Of a stretch of DNA of 64,000 bases, positions 54,993 through 64,000 are shown one piece after another. A program made the translations under genes and the position numbers. Origin of the DNA: an uncultured Bacteroidota bacterium (lineage in GTDB: Bacteria > Bacteroidota > Bacteroidia > UBA7662 > CAMTUB01); contig CAMTUB010000012.1 in assembly GCA_947084835.1 (NCBI GenBank), positions 4,387 to 68,386 on the forward strand, read 5' to 3'. A model generated the notes under the pieces. It saw only the letters and a list, made by a program, of their open reading frames with translations, searched no databases and was not told the DNA's origin. How positions within the stretch are numbered: the first letter of the stretch is position 1; each line of letters opens with the position of its first letter.

Positions 54993-55818
54993 TCTCCTTC
55001 ATTTTATTTTCGAGACTATCTCTTTCTGATTGCATTAGATTATTAATGACAAACACATAAGAAAGCCTTTTCATATCAGCAGCAAGCCTGATTTTTATTG
55101 TGTACATACTTGATCCATCAGGCAAATCAATATCTGTAATCCAACCTACTAAAATATTATCGGGGTAAATAGCCGAAAAAGAGGAGGTGATTAATGAATC
55201 GCCTTTGAAGAGTTTAACATGCGATGGAATATCATTTAAGGATGCATAAATATAGTTATGCCCATCCCAGGTAATATTACCCAAAGTTCCAGAGCGTTTA
55301 TGCCTCACGCTTAACTTTGTTTTTTTATTTAAGAGACTAATAATTGTAGAGTAATGCTGACTTACATCTTTCACAACTCCAACAACACCATTTTCATTTA
55401 ATACTGCAGATCGAGGTCGTATTCCTTGAGCCCAGCCTTTATTAATGGTGATGAAATTATTCCTAAACTCGGTGGTGCTATTTACCACTTTTGCCCAAGT
55501 ATATGTGTATTGTGCTTTTTTTGTTGAGTCGTATTTGGTAATTATTGTAGTGGTATCGCTATAAAATGCTTCAGGCAAAGTAGATCTCAACCTTGCAATT
55601 TCATGGGCTAAACTGTCGTTTATTTGCCTAAGTGCCAAATATTCTTTTGCAGAATTTATTTTCTTATAAAAGTTTCCTTGGGTAGTATTAGCAGAGTTGT
55701 TAAATCCTGAGTTATGGTAATTGCTCCCCTCTACAATTAAAATAATTGACATAATTGACAAAAAAAGCCAAGTGAAAAAAGCTCTTCTGTTAAGTATAAA
55801 CCGAATAATTGCCTGCAT
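54979..55818 (-). CDS. mreC: Rod shape-determining protein MreC
   Basis: N-terminal TM and coiled coil, then a beta-rich periplasmic domain. Confidence 0.8.
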   Translation of the reverse strand: MQAIIRFILNRRAFFTWLFLSIMSIILIVEGSNYHNSGFNNSANTTQGNFYKKINSAKEYLALRQINDSLAHEIARLRSTLPEAFYSDTTTIITKYDSTKKAQYTYTWAKVVNSTTEFRNNFITINKGWAQGIRPRSAVLNENGVVGVVKDVSQHYSTIISLLNKKTKLSVRHKRSGTLGNITWDGHNYIYASLNDIPSHVKLFKGDSLITSSFSAIYPDNILVGWITDIDLPDGSSMYTIKIRLAADMKRLSYVFVINNLMQSERDSLENKMKEIAND

Positions 55819-55827
55819 AGGCCTTTA

Positions 55828-56850
55828 CTAGGTCATTAAGAAATTGAAACGATCGATATTTTTAAGTGCGATACCTGTGCCTCTTACAACAGCACGTAAT
55901 GGATCTTCAGCAACAGTAACTTTTAGTTTAGTTTTCTGGCTAATTCTTTTATCCAATCCACGTAGCAATGCACCGCCACCAGTAAGGTAAATCCCGGTTT
56001 GTTGAATATCAGCAGATAGTTCAGGAGGAGTTATTTCTAACGCCTTTAAAATGGCACCTTCAACTTTTAATATTGATTTGTCTAAGGCGTGAGCTATTTC
56101 TGGATAGGAAACAGTAATTTGTTTCGGGATTCCTGTCATTAAATCTCGGCCAGAAACATTAATATCTGCTGGTGGATCGTCTAATTCAGGTAATGCTGAT
56201 CCCACCTGAATTTTAATTTGTTCAGCGGTTCTTTCTCCAATAAGTATGTTATGCTGTCTGCGAACGTAATCTAAAATATCTAACGTAAACTGGTCACCAG
56301 CAACACGTATACTTTGGTCGCAAACAATTCCGGCTAAAGCTATTACAGCAATTTCAGAAGTTCCACCACCAATGTCAATAATCATATTGCCCATAGGTTC
56401 TTCCACATCGATGCCAATACCTATTGCAGCTGCCATTGGTTCTGGTATTAGGTAAACTTCTTTTGCACCAGCATGCTCTGCCGAGTCACGAACAGCACGT
56501 TTTTCAACTTCAGTAATTCCAGATGGAATACAGATAACCATTCGTAAGGATGGAGAGAAAAACCTACGTTTTGGGTTAATCATGTTAATCATGCCACGAA
56601 TCATAAATTCTGCAGCATGGAAATCTGCAATTACACCATCTTTTAATGGACGAATAGTCTTTATGTTTTCGTGAGTTTTGCCATGCATTTGTTGCGCTTG
56701 TTTACCAATAGCAATTACTTTACCGGTGGTTCGGTCCATGGCTACTATCGATGGTTCATCGATAACAATTTTATCTTTATATATAATCAAGGTATTTGCA
56801 GTACCTAAATCAATAGCAATTTCTTGAGTAAAAAAATCAAATAATCCCAT
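55828..56850 (-). CDS. mreB: Rod shape-determining protein MreB
   Basis: MGLFDFFTQEIAIDLGTANTLI... actin-fold ATPase. Confidence 0.95.
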   Translation of the reverse strand: MGLFDFFTQEIAIDLGTANTLIIYKDKIVIDEPSIVAMDRTTGKVIAIGKQAQQMHGKTHENIKTIRPLKDGVIADFHAAEFMIRGMINMINPKRRFFSPSLRMVICIPSGITEVEKRAVRDSAEHAGAKEVYLIPEPMAAAIGIGIDVEEPMGNMIIDIGGGTSEIAVIALAGIVCDQSIRVAGDQFTLDILDYVRRQHNILIGERTAEQIKIQVGSALPELDDPPADINVSGRDLMTGIPKQITVSYPEIAHALDKSILKVEGAILKALEITPPELSADIQQTGIYLTGGGALLRGLDKRISQKTKLKVTVAEDPLRAVVRGTGIALKNIDRFNFLMT

Positions 56851-56990
56851 TTTATTTATGGATAGATGGTAGGGTTTTAATGAACGAGCAAAGATAGTCT
56901 AAAACTTTGTTCGAAATAATGTTTCATTGTATAATAAACGTATACCATAAAAATTGTCTTTATGTGAAACATTTAAAATTGCAAAAAAAA

Positions 56991-57197
56991 TGCCCACCAA
57001 AGGGGAGGCCACTGAAAAAGTACTTTAGGAATTTAAAGGCTTTCTTTAAGTAAAACAAAGGCTCTGAGAATCGCCTGTATGGAAGTGGTGATGCACCGCG
57101 ACCCGAATACTTTAAAGAAAAAGAGGTTGTTTTCGAATTGAAAACAACCTCTTTTCATAAACAGCCACTTTTTCAGTGCCCTCCCAAAGGGTGAGCA
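56991..57197. repeat. MITE-like structured intergenic element. 30-bp imperfect inverted repeats (24/30 identical) at 56991-57020 and 57168-57197 flank a GC-rich core and a bidirectional terminator hairpin.
   Basis: The left arm TGCCCACCAAAGGGGAGGCCACTGAAAAAG matches the reverse complement of the right arm, TGCTCACCCTTTGGGAGGGCACTGAAAAAG. The last 18 nt match 17/18. Confidence 0.5.
57123..57156. terminator. Bidirectional rho-independent terminator (3' of the metalloprotease gene)
   Basis: GAGGTTGTTTTC-gaatt-GAAAACAACCTC is a perfect 12-bp stem flanked by A-runs and T-runs. Confidence 0.75.
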
Positions 57198-57206
57198 TTT
57201 TTGTAA

Positions 57207-59645
57207 TTATTTTTTAGGATCAATAAGTCCATCAATTTTTTGTTTCAAGTCGATGTAGTGTGCTTTCAGTTCAAAGGATGTACTTAATGTTGCATTGTTT
57301 CCAGCCATTGCTTTTAAGTTTATAAGGTTTAATAAAGCCAACGATCTTAAATCAGAAGTTCCACTTAGTTTTAAGCCCATATTTGCAACAAATTCGCGTT
57401 GTAAACTTCTTTGGTATGCATCTGGAGTAATAGTATTAAATACAGTTTTAGAAATATCGTTTATAGCATCGCCTGCCTTGTATCCGTTATTTCTAATAGT
57501 ATAGTATTCAATCATTCGGTTTAATTTGTCATCATCGAGCATGGTGTTTAATAACCTTGACTGAATTTTCATTAATCTATCAGATGAACCTGTTGGTTCA
57601 AATTTGCGTACGATATCCTCTTTTAACATGTATGCAGGAAGTTTGAACGCATTGTCAGCAATAAATTTGATAGCTTCTTTTTGTTTTTCGATAGAAATTG
57701 GTACAAAAACAACTCCTTTTTGTCCGCCTATTTTCTCAGTTCTGTCAACTCCTGCAACTAGGTTTGCAACATGCCCCATTTCACGAGCCCATTGCATTAA
57801 AGTTTCTTCGTAATACTCTTTTAATAAACTAAAATCATAGCCCGGTTTTTCAGTTACTTTTTGCAAAATACCCATTACGCGCTCAATGTTTTTGATTCCG
57901 TAACCAGTTGATTTTACAGCATCGTCTCCTAAATCTTCGGTTTGTGCATATGGATCTAAAATCTTTCCTTGTTGTCTGCCAAAACGTAATCTAGGATTTG
58001 TTTCTTGAACTTTTGCCCAGTTGTTTAACGTTGAGCGTTCTTCTTCTGCAGTTTTAGCTTCTAAAATGGGTCTATAACCCCAGCTAATTGCAAATTTATC
58101 GTACTCTCCAATTTTAGGGAACAAATAAGCATTATCTCCAGGCTGTGCTACATAATTAAAACGAGCATAGTCCATAATCGATGGTGCTGTGCCGTACTTT
58201 TCAGTAAAAGACCGAGATCTTAATGAATCGGTAGGATAGAAGTGACTCGATTTCATATTATGGGGTAAGCCTAAGGTATGACCAACTTCGTGAGATGATA
58301 CAAATCGGATTAATTCGCCCATTAATGTATCGGGAAGCGGAATTTGTTGCGCTCGAACATCCAAAGGTGCAACTTGTACAAAATACCAATTGCTCAAAAG
58401 GTTCATCACATTATGGTACCAACCAATATCTGATTCTAAAATTTCACCAGTTCTTGGATCGCTAATATGTGGTCCATAGGCATTCTCAATAGGAGAGGCG
58501 AAGTAGCGAATAACGGAATAACGAGCGTCTTCAGCATTCCAATCCGGATCTTCTTCTTTGGTTGGTGCGTCTTTTGCTTGAATAGCATTTTTAAAACCTG
58601 CGGCTTCAAAAGCTGTATTCCAATCTTCTACACCCTTTTTTAAATAGGTACGCCATTTAACGGGTGTTGCTGGATCGATATAATAAACGATAGGTTTAAT
58701 AGGCTCAACCAGTTCTCCTTTTTTGAAATTTTCAATATCTTCAGGCTTTGGCTCTAATCTCCAACGTGCTATAAATGTGTTTTTTTCTACCTTTTGGGTT
58801 TCGCCAAATTCAGATTGTGAATAGCTGAAAAATCCTACTCTATCATCTTTTAAGCGTGGTTTCATTGGCTTTTCAGGTAACAACACCATAGAATGGTGGA
58901 ATTTCAACGAAACAGATTGTGTTTCTTCTTGTTGAGCAGGTTTTACGGCATTATATGTAATTACAGATTTAATTTCAACGTTCATCGGGTAAGATTTTGC
59001 ATAATCTAAAAATGAACGAGTTTTGTCGGCCGCTTTTATTTGTAATTCTTTACGTTTTGGTTCTTGAATATTAAATGGCGCAACATCTTCGGTGTACAAT
59101 GGCGTTGCTTCAATCAATACGTTAGATGAATCAGAGTTATAGGCTAATATGTCAAAACTGCGAATAATTGGTTCGAAGTTTGAGTTTTTTACTGCTTTAT
59201 AAATCGGCAGTGTATCATTTGCAACGTTGATGTATTCTACAGAACGCAATAATATTTTGTCGTAACGCATTTCCCAGCGTACAACGCTGTTGTTTGTGTT
59301 TTCACCTCCATAACCAATTCCTGGCGTTTCAGCAATTCTGCTAACAACCAATAACTCTTTGTTTAATTGTTTTTTAGGTATCTCAAAGTAAAGTTTTCCT
59401 TTAACAGTATGTATAGTGAAAAATCCCTTTGAGGTTACTGCATCTTTGGTAATAAAGTCTGAATACTTTTTTGGGGCTTTGCTTTCAGCACCACTTCCAG
59501 CAACTGGTGTAGTTGGTGATTGCACTGTAGCACATGTGCATTTTTTACACTTTTTGTGTTTTTTATCGGGCTCAGGAGCTTTTGTTTGAGCAAATGAGAA
59601 ACCCACAGTTATTAAAGTTAATAAAAGGGTAAACCGTATTTTCAT
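57207..59645 (-). CDS. Secreted zinc-dependent metalloprotease (metzincin-like HExxHxxGxxH; Bacteroidota DUF4953/DUF5117-type)
   Basis: HEVGHTLGLPHN; signal peptide; 812 aa; Lys/Cys-rich N-terminal tract KKHKKCKKCTCA. Confidence 0.75.
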   Translation of the reverse strand: MKIRFTLLLTLITVGFSFAQTKAPEPDKKHKKCKKCTCATVQSPTTPVAGSGAESKAPKKYSDFITKDAVTSKGFFTIHTVKGKLYFEIPKKQLNKELLVVSRIAETPGIGYGGENTNNSVVRWEMRYDKILLRSVEYINVANDTLPIYKAVKNSNFEPIIRSFDILAYNSDSSNVLIEATPLYTEDVAPFNIQEPKRKELQIKAADKTRSFLDYAKSYPMNVEIKSVITYNAVKPAQQEETQSVSLKFHHSMVLLPEKPMKPRLKDDRVGFFSYSQSEFGETQKVEKNTFIARWRLEPKPEDIENFKKGELVEPIKPIVYYIDPATPVKWRTYLKKGVEDWNTAFEAAGFKNAIQAKDAPTKEEDPDWNAEDARYSVIRYFASPIENAYGPHISDPRTGEILESDIGWYHNVMNLLSNWYFVQVAPLDVRAQQIPLPDTLMGELIRFVSSHEVGHTLGLPHNMKSSHFYPTDSLRSRSFTEKYGTAPSIMDYARFNYVAQPGDNAYLFPKIGEYDKFAISWGYRPILEAKTAEEERSTLNNWAKVQETNPRLRFGRQQGKILDPYAQTEDLGDDAVKSTGYGIKNIERVMGILQKVTEKPGYDFSLLKEYYEETLMQWAREMGHVANLVAGVDRTEKIGGQKGVVFVPISIEKQKEAIKFIADNAFKLPAYMLKEDIVRKFEPTGSSDRLMKIQSRLLNTMLDDDKLNRMIEYYTIRNNGYKAGDAINDISKTVFNTITPDAYQRSLQREFVANMGLKLSGTSDLRSLALLNLINLKAMAGNNATLSTSFELKAHYIDLKQKIDGLIDPKK

Positions 59646-59833
59646 TGTATAAATTTAGGATTGCTAAATAATAAAAAATATAATTAAACGGCTACATTTC
59701 CTTCAATTGTTTTATGAAAGGTTAATCAATCCTAGGATTTTATAGTCCTCTTTACAATGAAAATTCTCCAATATTTTAGTTAATTCTAACTTGGGATTTT
59801 AAAATACGATTAAGAAGACCCATTAATCAAACG

Positions 59834-59841
59834 TATATTTG
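59834..59841 (+). promoter_or_regulatory. Candidate Bacteroidota sigma-A -7 box (TATATTTG, matching TAnnTTTG) 18 bp upstream of the glmM GTG start
   Basis: Exact match to the phylum-specific -7 consensus in a divergent intergenic region. Confidence 0.3.
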
Positions 59842-59858
59842 CAGAATAATTTTTATAC

Positions 59859-61253
59859 GTGACTCTAATTAAATCAATTTCAGGAATAAGAGGAACAATT
59901 GGAGGCAAGCCAGGCGATGGTTTAACCCCAATTGATATTGTTAAATTTGCATCAGCTTATGGATCATGGGTTATCCGTACCACAGGAATTAAAAAAGTAG
60001 TGATTGGTAGAGATGCCCGGTTATCGGGTCATCTGGTAAGCCAGTTGGTTGCTAGTACGTTACAAGGACTAGGGATTGATGTGGTAGATTTAGGTTTATC
60101 AACCACCCCAACTGTTGAAATTGCAGTACCCCATGAAAAGGCTGGAGGTGGGATTATCCTAACTGCTAGCCATAACCCCAAACAATGGAATGCTTTAAAG
60201 TTATTAAATGCAAAAGGCGAATTTATTTCAGATGTTGAAGGTAAAATTATTCTTAAAATAGCTGAAAACGAAGATTTTGAATTTGCTACAATTGATCATC
60301 TAGGTAATTTCAAAACTGATGATTCGTATTTAAAATTCCATATCGATAAAATTCTTGAGCTATCAACTGTTAACGTAGAAGCTATTAAAAATAGAAATTT
60401 TTCAATAGTAGTTGATGCCGTTAATTCATGCGGAGGCTTTGCAGTGCCTATGTTGTTAGAGGCATTGGGAGTAAAGCAAATCCATAAGATTCATTGTGAG
60501 CCAAACGGTATTTTTCCACATAATCCTGAACCATTACCAGAGCATTTATCTGATATTTCTGCAGAGGTTGTAAAGAAAAACGCTGATTTAGGAATAGTAG
60601 TAGATCCGGATGTTGATCGTCTTGCTTTAGTTTGCGAAGATGGATCCATGTTTGGCGAAGAATACACGCTTGTTGCTATTTCTGATTATATCTTAAGTAA
60701 AAAATCAGGAAATACCGTTTCAAATTTATCATCAACCCGTGCATTACGCGATGTAACTCAAAAGCATGGAGGCAGTTACAAAGCTTCAGCTGTGGGTGAG
60801 GTAAATGTGGTGGTTAAAATGAAAGAAACCGATGCAATTATTGGTGGTGAAGGTAATGGTGGTGTAATTTTTCCTGAATTACATTACGGCAGAGATGCAT
60901 TAGTTGGCATTGCGCTATTTTTGAGTCATTTGGCTGAATCAAACAAAATGTGCAGTATCCTTAAAACTACTTACCCTAGTTATTTCATCTCAAAAAACAA
61001 AATTGAATTGACTCCTGAGATTGATGTAGATGGTATTTTAGATAAAATATCTGAGAAATATAAAAGCTTTGAAGTAAATAGAATTGATGGTGTTAAAATC
61101 GATTTTGAAAACGAATGGGTTCATTTGCGAAAATCAAATACAGAGCCCATAATACGTATATATGCAGAAGGCGAATACGAAAGTACAGCCACAAACCTTG
61201 CTAATAAAATCATTTCAGATATCAAAGGAATGGTAAATTACCACAACGACTAA
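59859..61253 (+). CDS. glmM: Phosphoglucosamine mutase (alpha-D-phosphohexomutase family; GTG start)
   Basis: Active-site TASHNP and metal-binding DPDVDR; 464 aa. Confidence 0.85.
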   Translation: MTLIKSISGIRGTIGGKPGDGLTPIDIVKFASAYGSWVIRTTGIKKVVIGRDARLSGHLVSQLVASTLQGLGIDVVDLGLSTTPTVEIAVPHEKAGGGIILTASHNPKQWNALKLLNAKGEFISDVEGKIILKIAENEDFEFATIDHLGNFKTDDSYLKFHIDKILELSTVNVEAIKNRNFSIVVDAVNSCGGFAVPMLLEALGVKQIHKIHCEPNGIFPHNPEPLPEHLSDISAEVVKKNADLGIVVDPDVDRLALVCEDGSMFGEEYTLVAISDYILSKKSGNTVSNLSSTRALRDVTQKHGGSYKASAVGEVNVVVKMKETDAIIGGEGNGGVIFPELHYGRDALVGIALFLSHLAESNKMCSILKTTYPSYFISKNKIELTPEIDVDGILDKISEKYKSFEVNRIDGVKIDFENEWVHLRKSNTEPIIRIYAEGEYESTATNLANKIISDIKGMVNYHND

Positions 61254-61261
61254 TTGCATTC

Positions 61262-62404
61262 GTGATGACTTTAGAGAATAGAATTTATTTCGATAACGCA
61301 GCAACAACGCCCGTTTATTCAGAGGTTATTGATGCAATGATACCGGTTTTAAAGGAGCAATACGGCAATCCATCATCAACCCATGCACACGGAAGAATTG
61401 CAAGAACACTAATAGAAAAAGCACGAAAATCAGTCGCAAAATTATTGAATGTTTCACCTGCTGAGATTTTTTTTACATCAGGAGGCACTGAGGCAGATAA
61501 TATGGCAATTCGGTGTGCTGTTGAGCATTTGGGAATAAAGCATATCATCTCAACAAAAATTGAGCACCATGCTGTAAAACATACCATTGAACATTTAGTT
61601 AGTCAGGGAGCGGTAACAGCAACTTGGCTTAAAGTTACAGAAGATGGAAAAATTGATCTTCAAGAAATAGAATCTATTCTTGCTGAAAATCCTAAATCGT
61701 TGGTTACATTAATGCATGGCAACAACGAAATAGGAACTATGATCGACTTAAATGAAGTTGGTTTAATTTGTACCAAATATGGTGCTGTTTTTCATTCAGA
61801 CACAGTTCAAACTATGGGCTATTTTCCTATGAATTTGGTTGAAACCACGGTTGATATGGTAAATGCTGCAGCACATAAGTTCAACGGCCCTAAAGGTGTA
61901 GGTTTTATCTATATCAAAGCTGGATTAGGTATTGGAACAATGATTTTTGGCGGCTCTCAAGAGCGCAATATGCGTGGTGGTACCGAAAATGTTTCTGGTA
62001 TTGTTGGTTTAGCTAAAGCGCTAGAAATGGCTTATGCTAAAATAGATGAAAAGAGAAATCAAATTTCTGAGTTGAAATCGTATATGATTTCAAAATTAAA
62101 AGATCAAATTCAAGGGGTGCAATTTAATGGCGATATTAACGGTCAAAGCCTGTATACGGTGTTAAATGTATCTTTTCCACCCAACGATAAAGCAGAAATG
62201 TTGCTATTTAATTTAGACATTGCTGGAATAAGTTGTTCAGGCGGCAGCGCATGTACTAGCGGATCAAACGTTGGCTCGCACGTTTTGGCTGGAATTGGTG
62301 CGGACTTAAATCGTCCTTCTATTCGTTTTTCTTTTGGTATGCAAAATACCAAAGAGGAAGTCGATTATACAGTTAACAAACTTTTAGAAATATTGGGGAA
62401 TTAA
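61262..62404 (+). CDS. Cysteine desulfurase (aminotransferase class V, NifS/IscS-like)
   Basis: ...YFDNAATTPV... and a PLP-lysine region ...AAAHKFNGPKG...; 380 aa. Confidence 0.85.
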   Translation: MMTLENRIYFDNAATTPVYSEVIDAMIPVLKEQYGNPSSTHAHGRIARTLIEKARKSVAKLLNVSPAEIFFTSGGTEADNMAIRCAVEHLGIKHIISTKIEHHAVKHTIEHLVSQGAVTATWLKVTEDGKIDLQEIESILAENPKSLVTLMHGNNEIGTMIDLNEVGLICTKYGAVFHSDTVQTMGYFPMNLVETTVDMVNAAAHKFNGPKGVGFIYIKAGLGIGTMIFGGSQERNMRGGTENVSGIVGLAKALEMAYAKIDEKRNQISELKSYMISKLKDQIQGVQFNGDINGQSLYTVLNVSFPPNDKAEMLLFNLDIAGISCSGGSACTSGSNVGSHVLAGIGADLNRPSIRFSFGMQNTKEEVDYTVNKLLEILGN

Positions 62405-63435
62405 TTCCCCAATGTTTCTAAAAAAGCAAGTGTATCAATGTTATCGGCATAATCTGTTAAACTAGGTTGTTGACCACTTCCAAAGTTTAAACTATTTGGA
62501 TACCAACTTTGATCCGAAAATACACATTGAATACTATTCTTATTTTCTTCAATGATTCTTTTTAAATCTTCTTCATTCTCATAAAAACTGTAATAAATAG
62601 TCCCAATTGGAGAATGAATTTGGGTACTTTCGCTTAAAAGTAGTAAACCATTATCAAAATAAGGTACGCTATTTACTATAAATCTCGCAAGTTGATAATC
62701 GTAATTATTACCGAATTTATGATGATTAATTAGCCCTTTCCAAGATTCAAAAACTGGATAAATTAAAGTTGGGTCTAAACCTTTCGGAAATAAAAACGAT
62801 GAAATATTTCTACACCCTAATCCAAAATACCGCAATACGTCTTCAGGCAGATTAATTAAATTGTCAAAATCTTCTTTACCGTTAAAAACGGCAACTGAGG
62901 TTCTTCCATTTCTTAAGATATTAGGATATTTCCCAAAATAATATTCAAAATAGCGGTTTGTATTATTGCTCCCTGTTGCAATTACAGCATCAAAATCTTT
63001 TAAACGTTCTGTAAAAATGACCTTTGAAGCAAGCGTTTTGTCAATTTCTGATAATTTTTGAATAGCCCATGGAATTATAACATCGTCTTTTGAAGACAGT
63101 TTTACTTGAGCAGCATGCCCATAAATTAAAATACTGAGTATGTCGTGAAAACCTACCATTGGGATGTTTCCAGCCGGAATTAAACCAATGGTTTTTTGAT
63201 TTTTTACAGGAAAATTATAGTTTGACACCCAATTTGTTAACTTTTCTTCAGTTAATAAATCAACCCATTGAGATATAGCGTAATGGGTATTTTCTGGATC
63301 AAACCATTGGTTTTTATTGTGTATTTTAAAGCTAAGCTCTTCCCATTCAGTGCTGTTTATTGAATTTGCTAGGGATTTTCCCCAAGAACTTAACGATTGT
63401 ATGGTTGTGGTTAACATTGCTGCAAAATTCAGCAA
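62401..63435 (-). CDS. Acyl-CoA reductase (LuxC-like) family protein
   Basis: 344 aa. It resembles the Bacteroidota 'acyl-CoA reductase' family that commonly lies next to a ferredoxin gene. Confidence 0.5.
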   Translation of the reverse strand: MLNFAAMLTTTIQSLSSWGKSLANSINSTEWEELSFKIHNKNQWFDPENTHYAISQWVDLLTEEKLTNWVSNYNFPVKNQKTIGLIPAGNIPMVGFHDILSILIYGHAAQVKLSSKDDVIIPWAIQKLSEIDKTLASKVIFTERLKDFDAVIATGSNNTNRYFEYYFGKYPNILRNGRTSVAVFNGKEDFDNLINLPEDVLRYFGLGCRNISSFLFPKGLDPTLIYPVFESWKGLINHHKFGNNYDYQLARFIVNSVPYFDNGLLLLSESTQIHSPIGTIYYSFYENEEDLKRIIEENKNSIQCVFSDQSWYPNSLNFGSGQQPSLTDYADNIDTLAFLETLGN

Positions 63436-63524
63436 TTCATTTCATAATCAGAATATTTTTGAATAAATTAGGAGTTATTTGAAAACAACTTATTATTTTC
63501 GAGCATTATTTAAAAACTAAAGCT

Positions 63525-63872
63525 ATGGCTATTATAATAACCGATGAGTGCATTAACTGTGGAGCATGCGAACCAGAGTGCCCTAATAACGCAATTTATG
63601 AAGGTGGTGTTGATTGGGCGTATGCTGATGGTACTGAAGTAAAAGGCGACTTTACTACTTCAACTGGCGAAGCTGCTAACGCAGATGAAAGACATGAGCC
63701 AGTAGCCGATGATGTTTATTTTATTGTTCCTGATAAATGCACAGAGTGTGTTGGTTTTCACGAGGAACCGCAGTGTGCTGCTGTATGTCCAGTTGATTGC
63801 TGTGTAGAAGATCCAGCGCATAGAGAGACTAAAGAGGCCTTACTTGCACGTAAAAATTCGCTTCATTTGTAA
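63525..63872 (+). CDS. 4Fe-4S ferredoxin (two-cluster type)
   Basis: CINCGACEPECP and CTECVGFHEEPQCAAVCPVDCC. Confidence 0.85.
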   Translation: MAIIITDECINCGACEPECPNNAIYEGGVDWAYADGTEVKGDFTTSTGEAANADERHEPVADDVYFIVPDKCTECVGFHEEPQCAAVCPVDCCVEDPAHRETKEALLARKNSLHL

Positions 63873-63910
63873 AGCATAAAAAAAGGCCATATGGCCTTTT
63901 TTTATGCTTT
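63871..63910. terminator. Bidirectional rho-independent terminator (40-bp perfect palindrome)
   Basis: AAAGCATAAAAAAAGGCCATATGGCCTTTTTTTATGCTTT. Confidence 0.75.
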
Positions 63911-64000
63911 AGCTTTTATAACTAAGTTCGGAGATAGAATGTAGTTTTTGGATGATCTAGCTGTAGCAAACAAAATAAATTTCACTTTTAGCAAAACAAT

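Noticed and set aside
63871-63910. 40-bp perfect palindrome after the ferredoxin gene as a regulatory operator
   Set aside because: A GC-stem hairpin flanked by an A-run and a T-run at the 3' end of a gene is most simply a bidirectional intrinsic terminator.

Overview
This is a 64 kb window of low-GC chromosomal DNA of the Bacteroidota (Flavobacteriia/Sphingobacteriia) type. The phylum call rests on T9SS C-terminal sorting domains, TAnnTTTG-like -7 promoter boxes, a long-tailed S16, DUF4296/DUF4199/DUF3817 proteins and the organisation of the hem, mre and rps operons. It is densely coding with about 66 genes, and most of them are core housekeeping. They include a heme-biosynthesis operon hemA-hemCD-hemL-(sensor kinase/response regulator)-hemH, the rpsP-rimM-trmD-rplS and thrS-infC-rpmI-rplT operons, ffh, dxr-rseP, dnaG, relA/spoT, fur, purA, lysC, scoAB, the mreBCD-mrdA-rodA cell-shape cluster, hppD-hmgA, glmM, a cysteine desulfurase and one tRNA-Leu(CAA). 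I found no CRISPR array, transposase, integrase or phage genes. The items worth a second look are: (1) an A+T-rich, catalytic-motif-degenerate ATP-dependent DNA-ligase homologue translationally coupled to a well-conserved ligase-associated MBL/beta-CASP exonuclease, with no Lhr helicase or PdeM partner; (2) a two-component system embedded inside the heme operon, a HemC-HemD fusion, and two palindromes in the hemA upstream region; (3) a D-2-hydroxyacid (D-lactate) dehydrogenase gene inactivated by four in-frame nonsense codons but no frameshift; (4) a MITE-like element, about 150 bp bounded by 30-bp imperfect inverted repeats, in the unusually long mreB upstream region; (5) a T9SS-secreted PLD-family (two HKD motifs) nuclease; (6) a 1021-aa TPR protein plus a 556-aa outer-membrane beta-barrel pair directly downstream of rodA.
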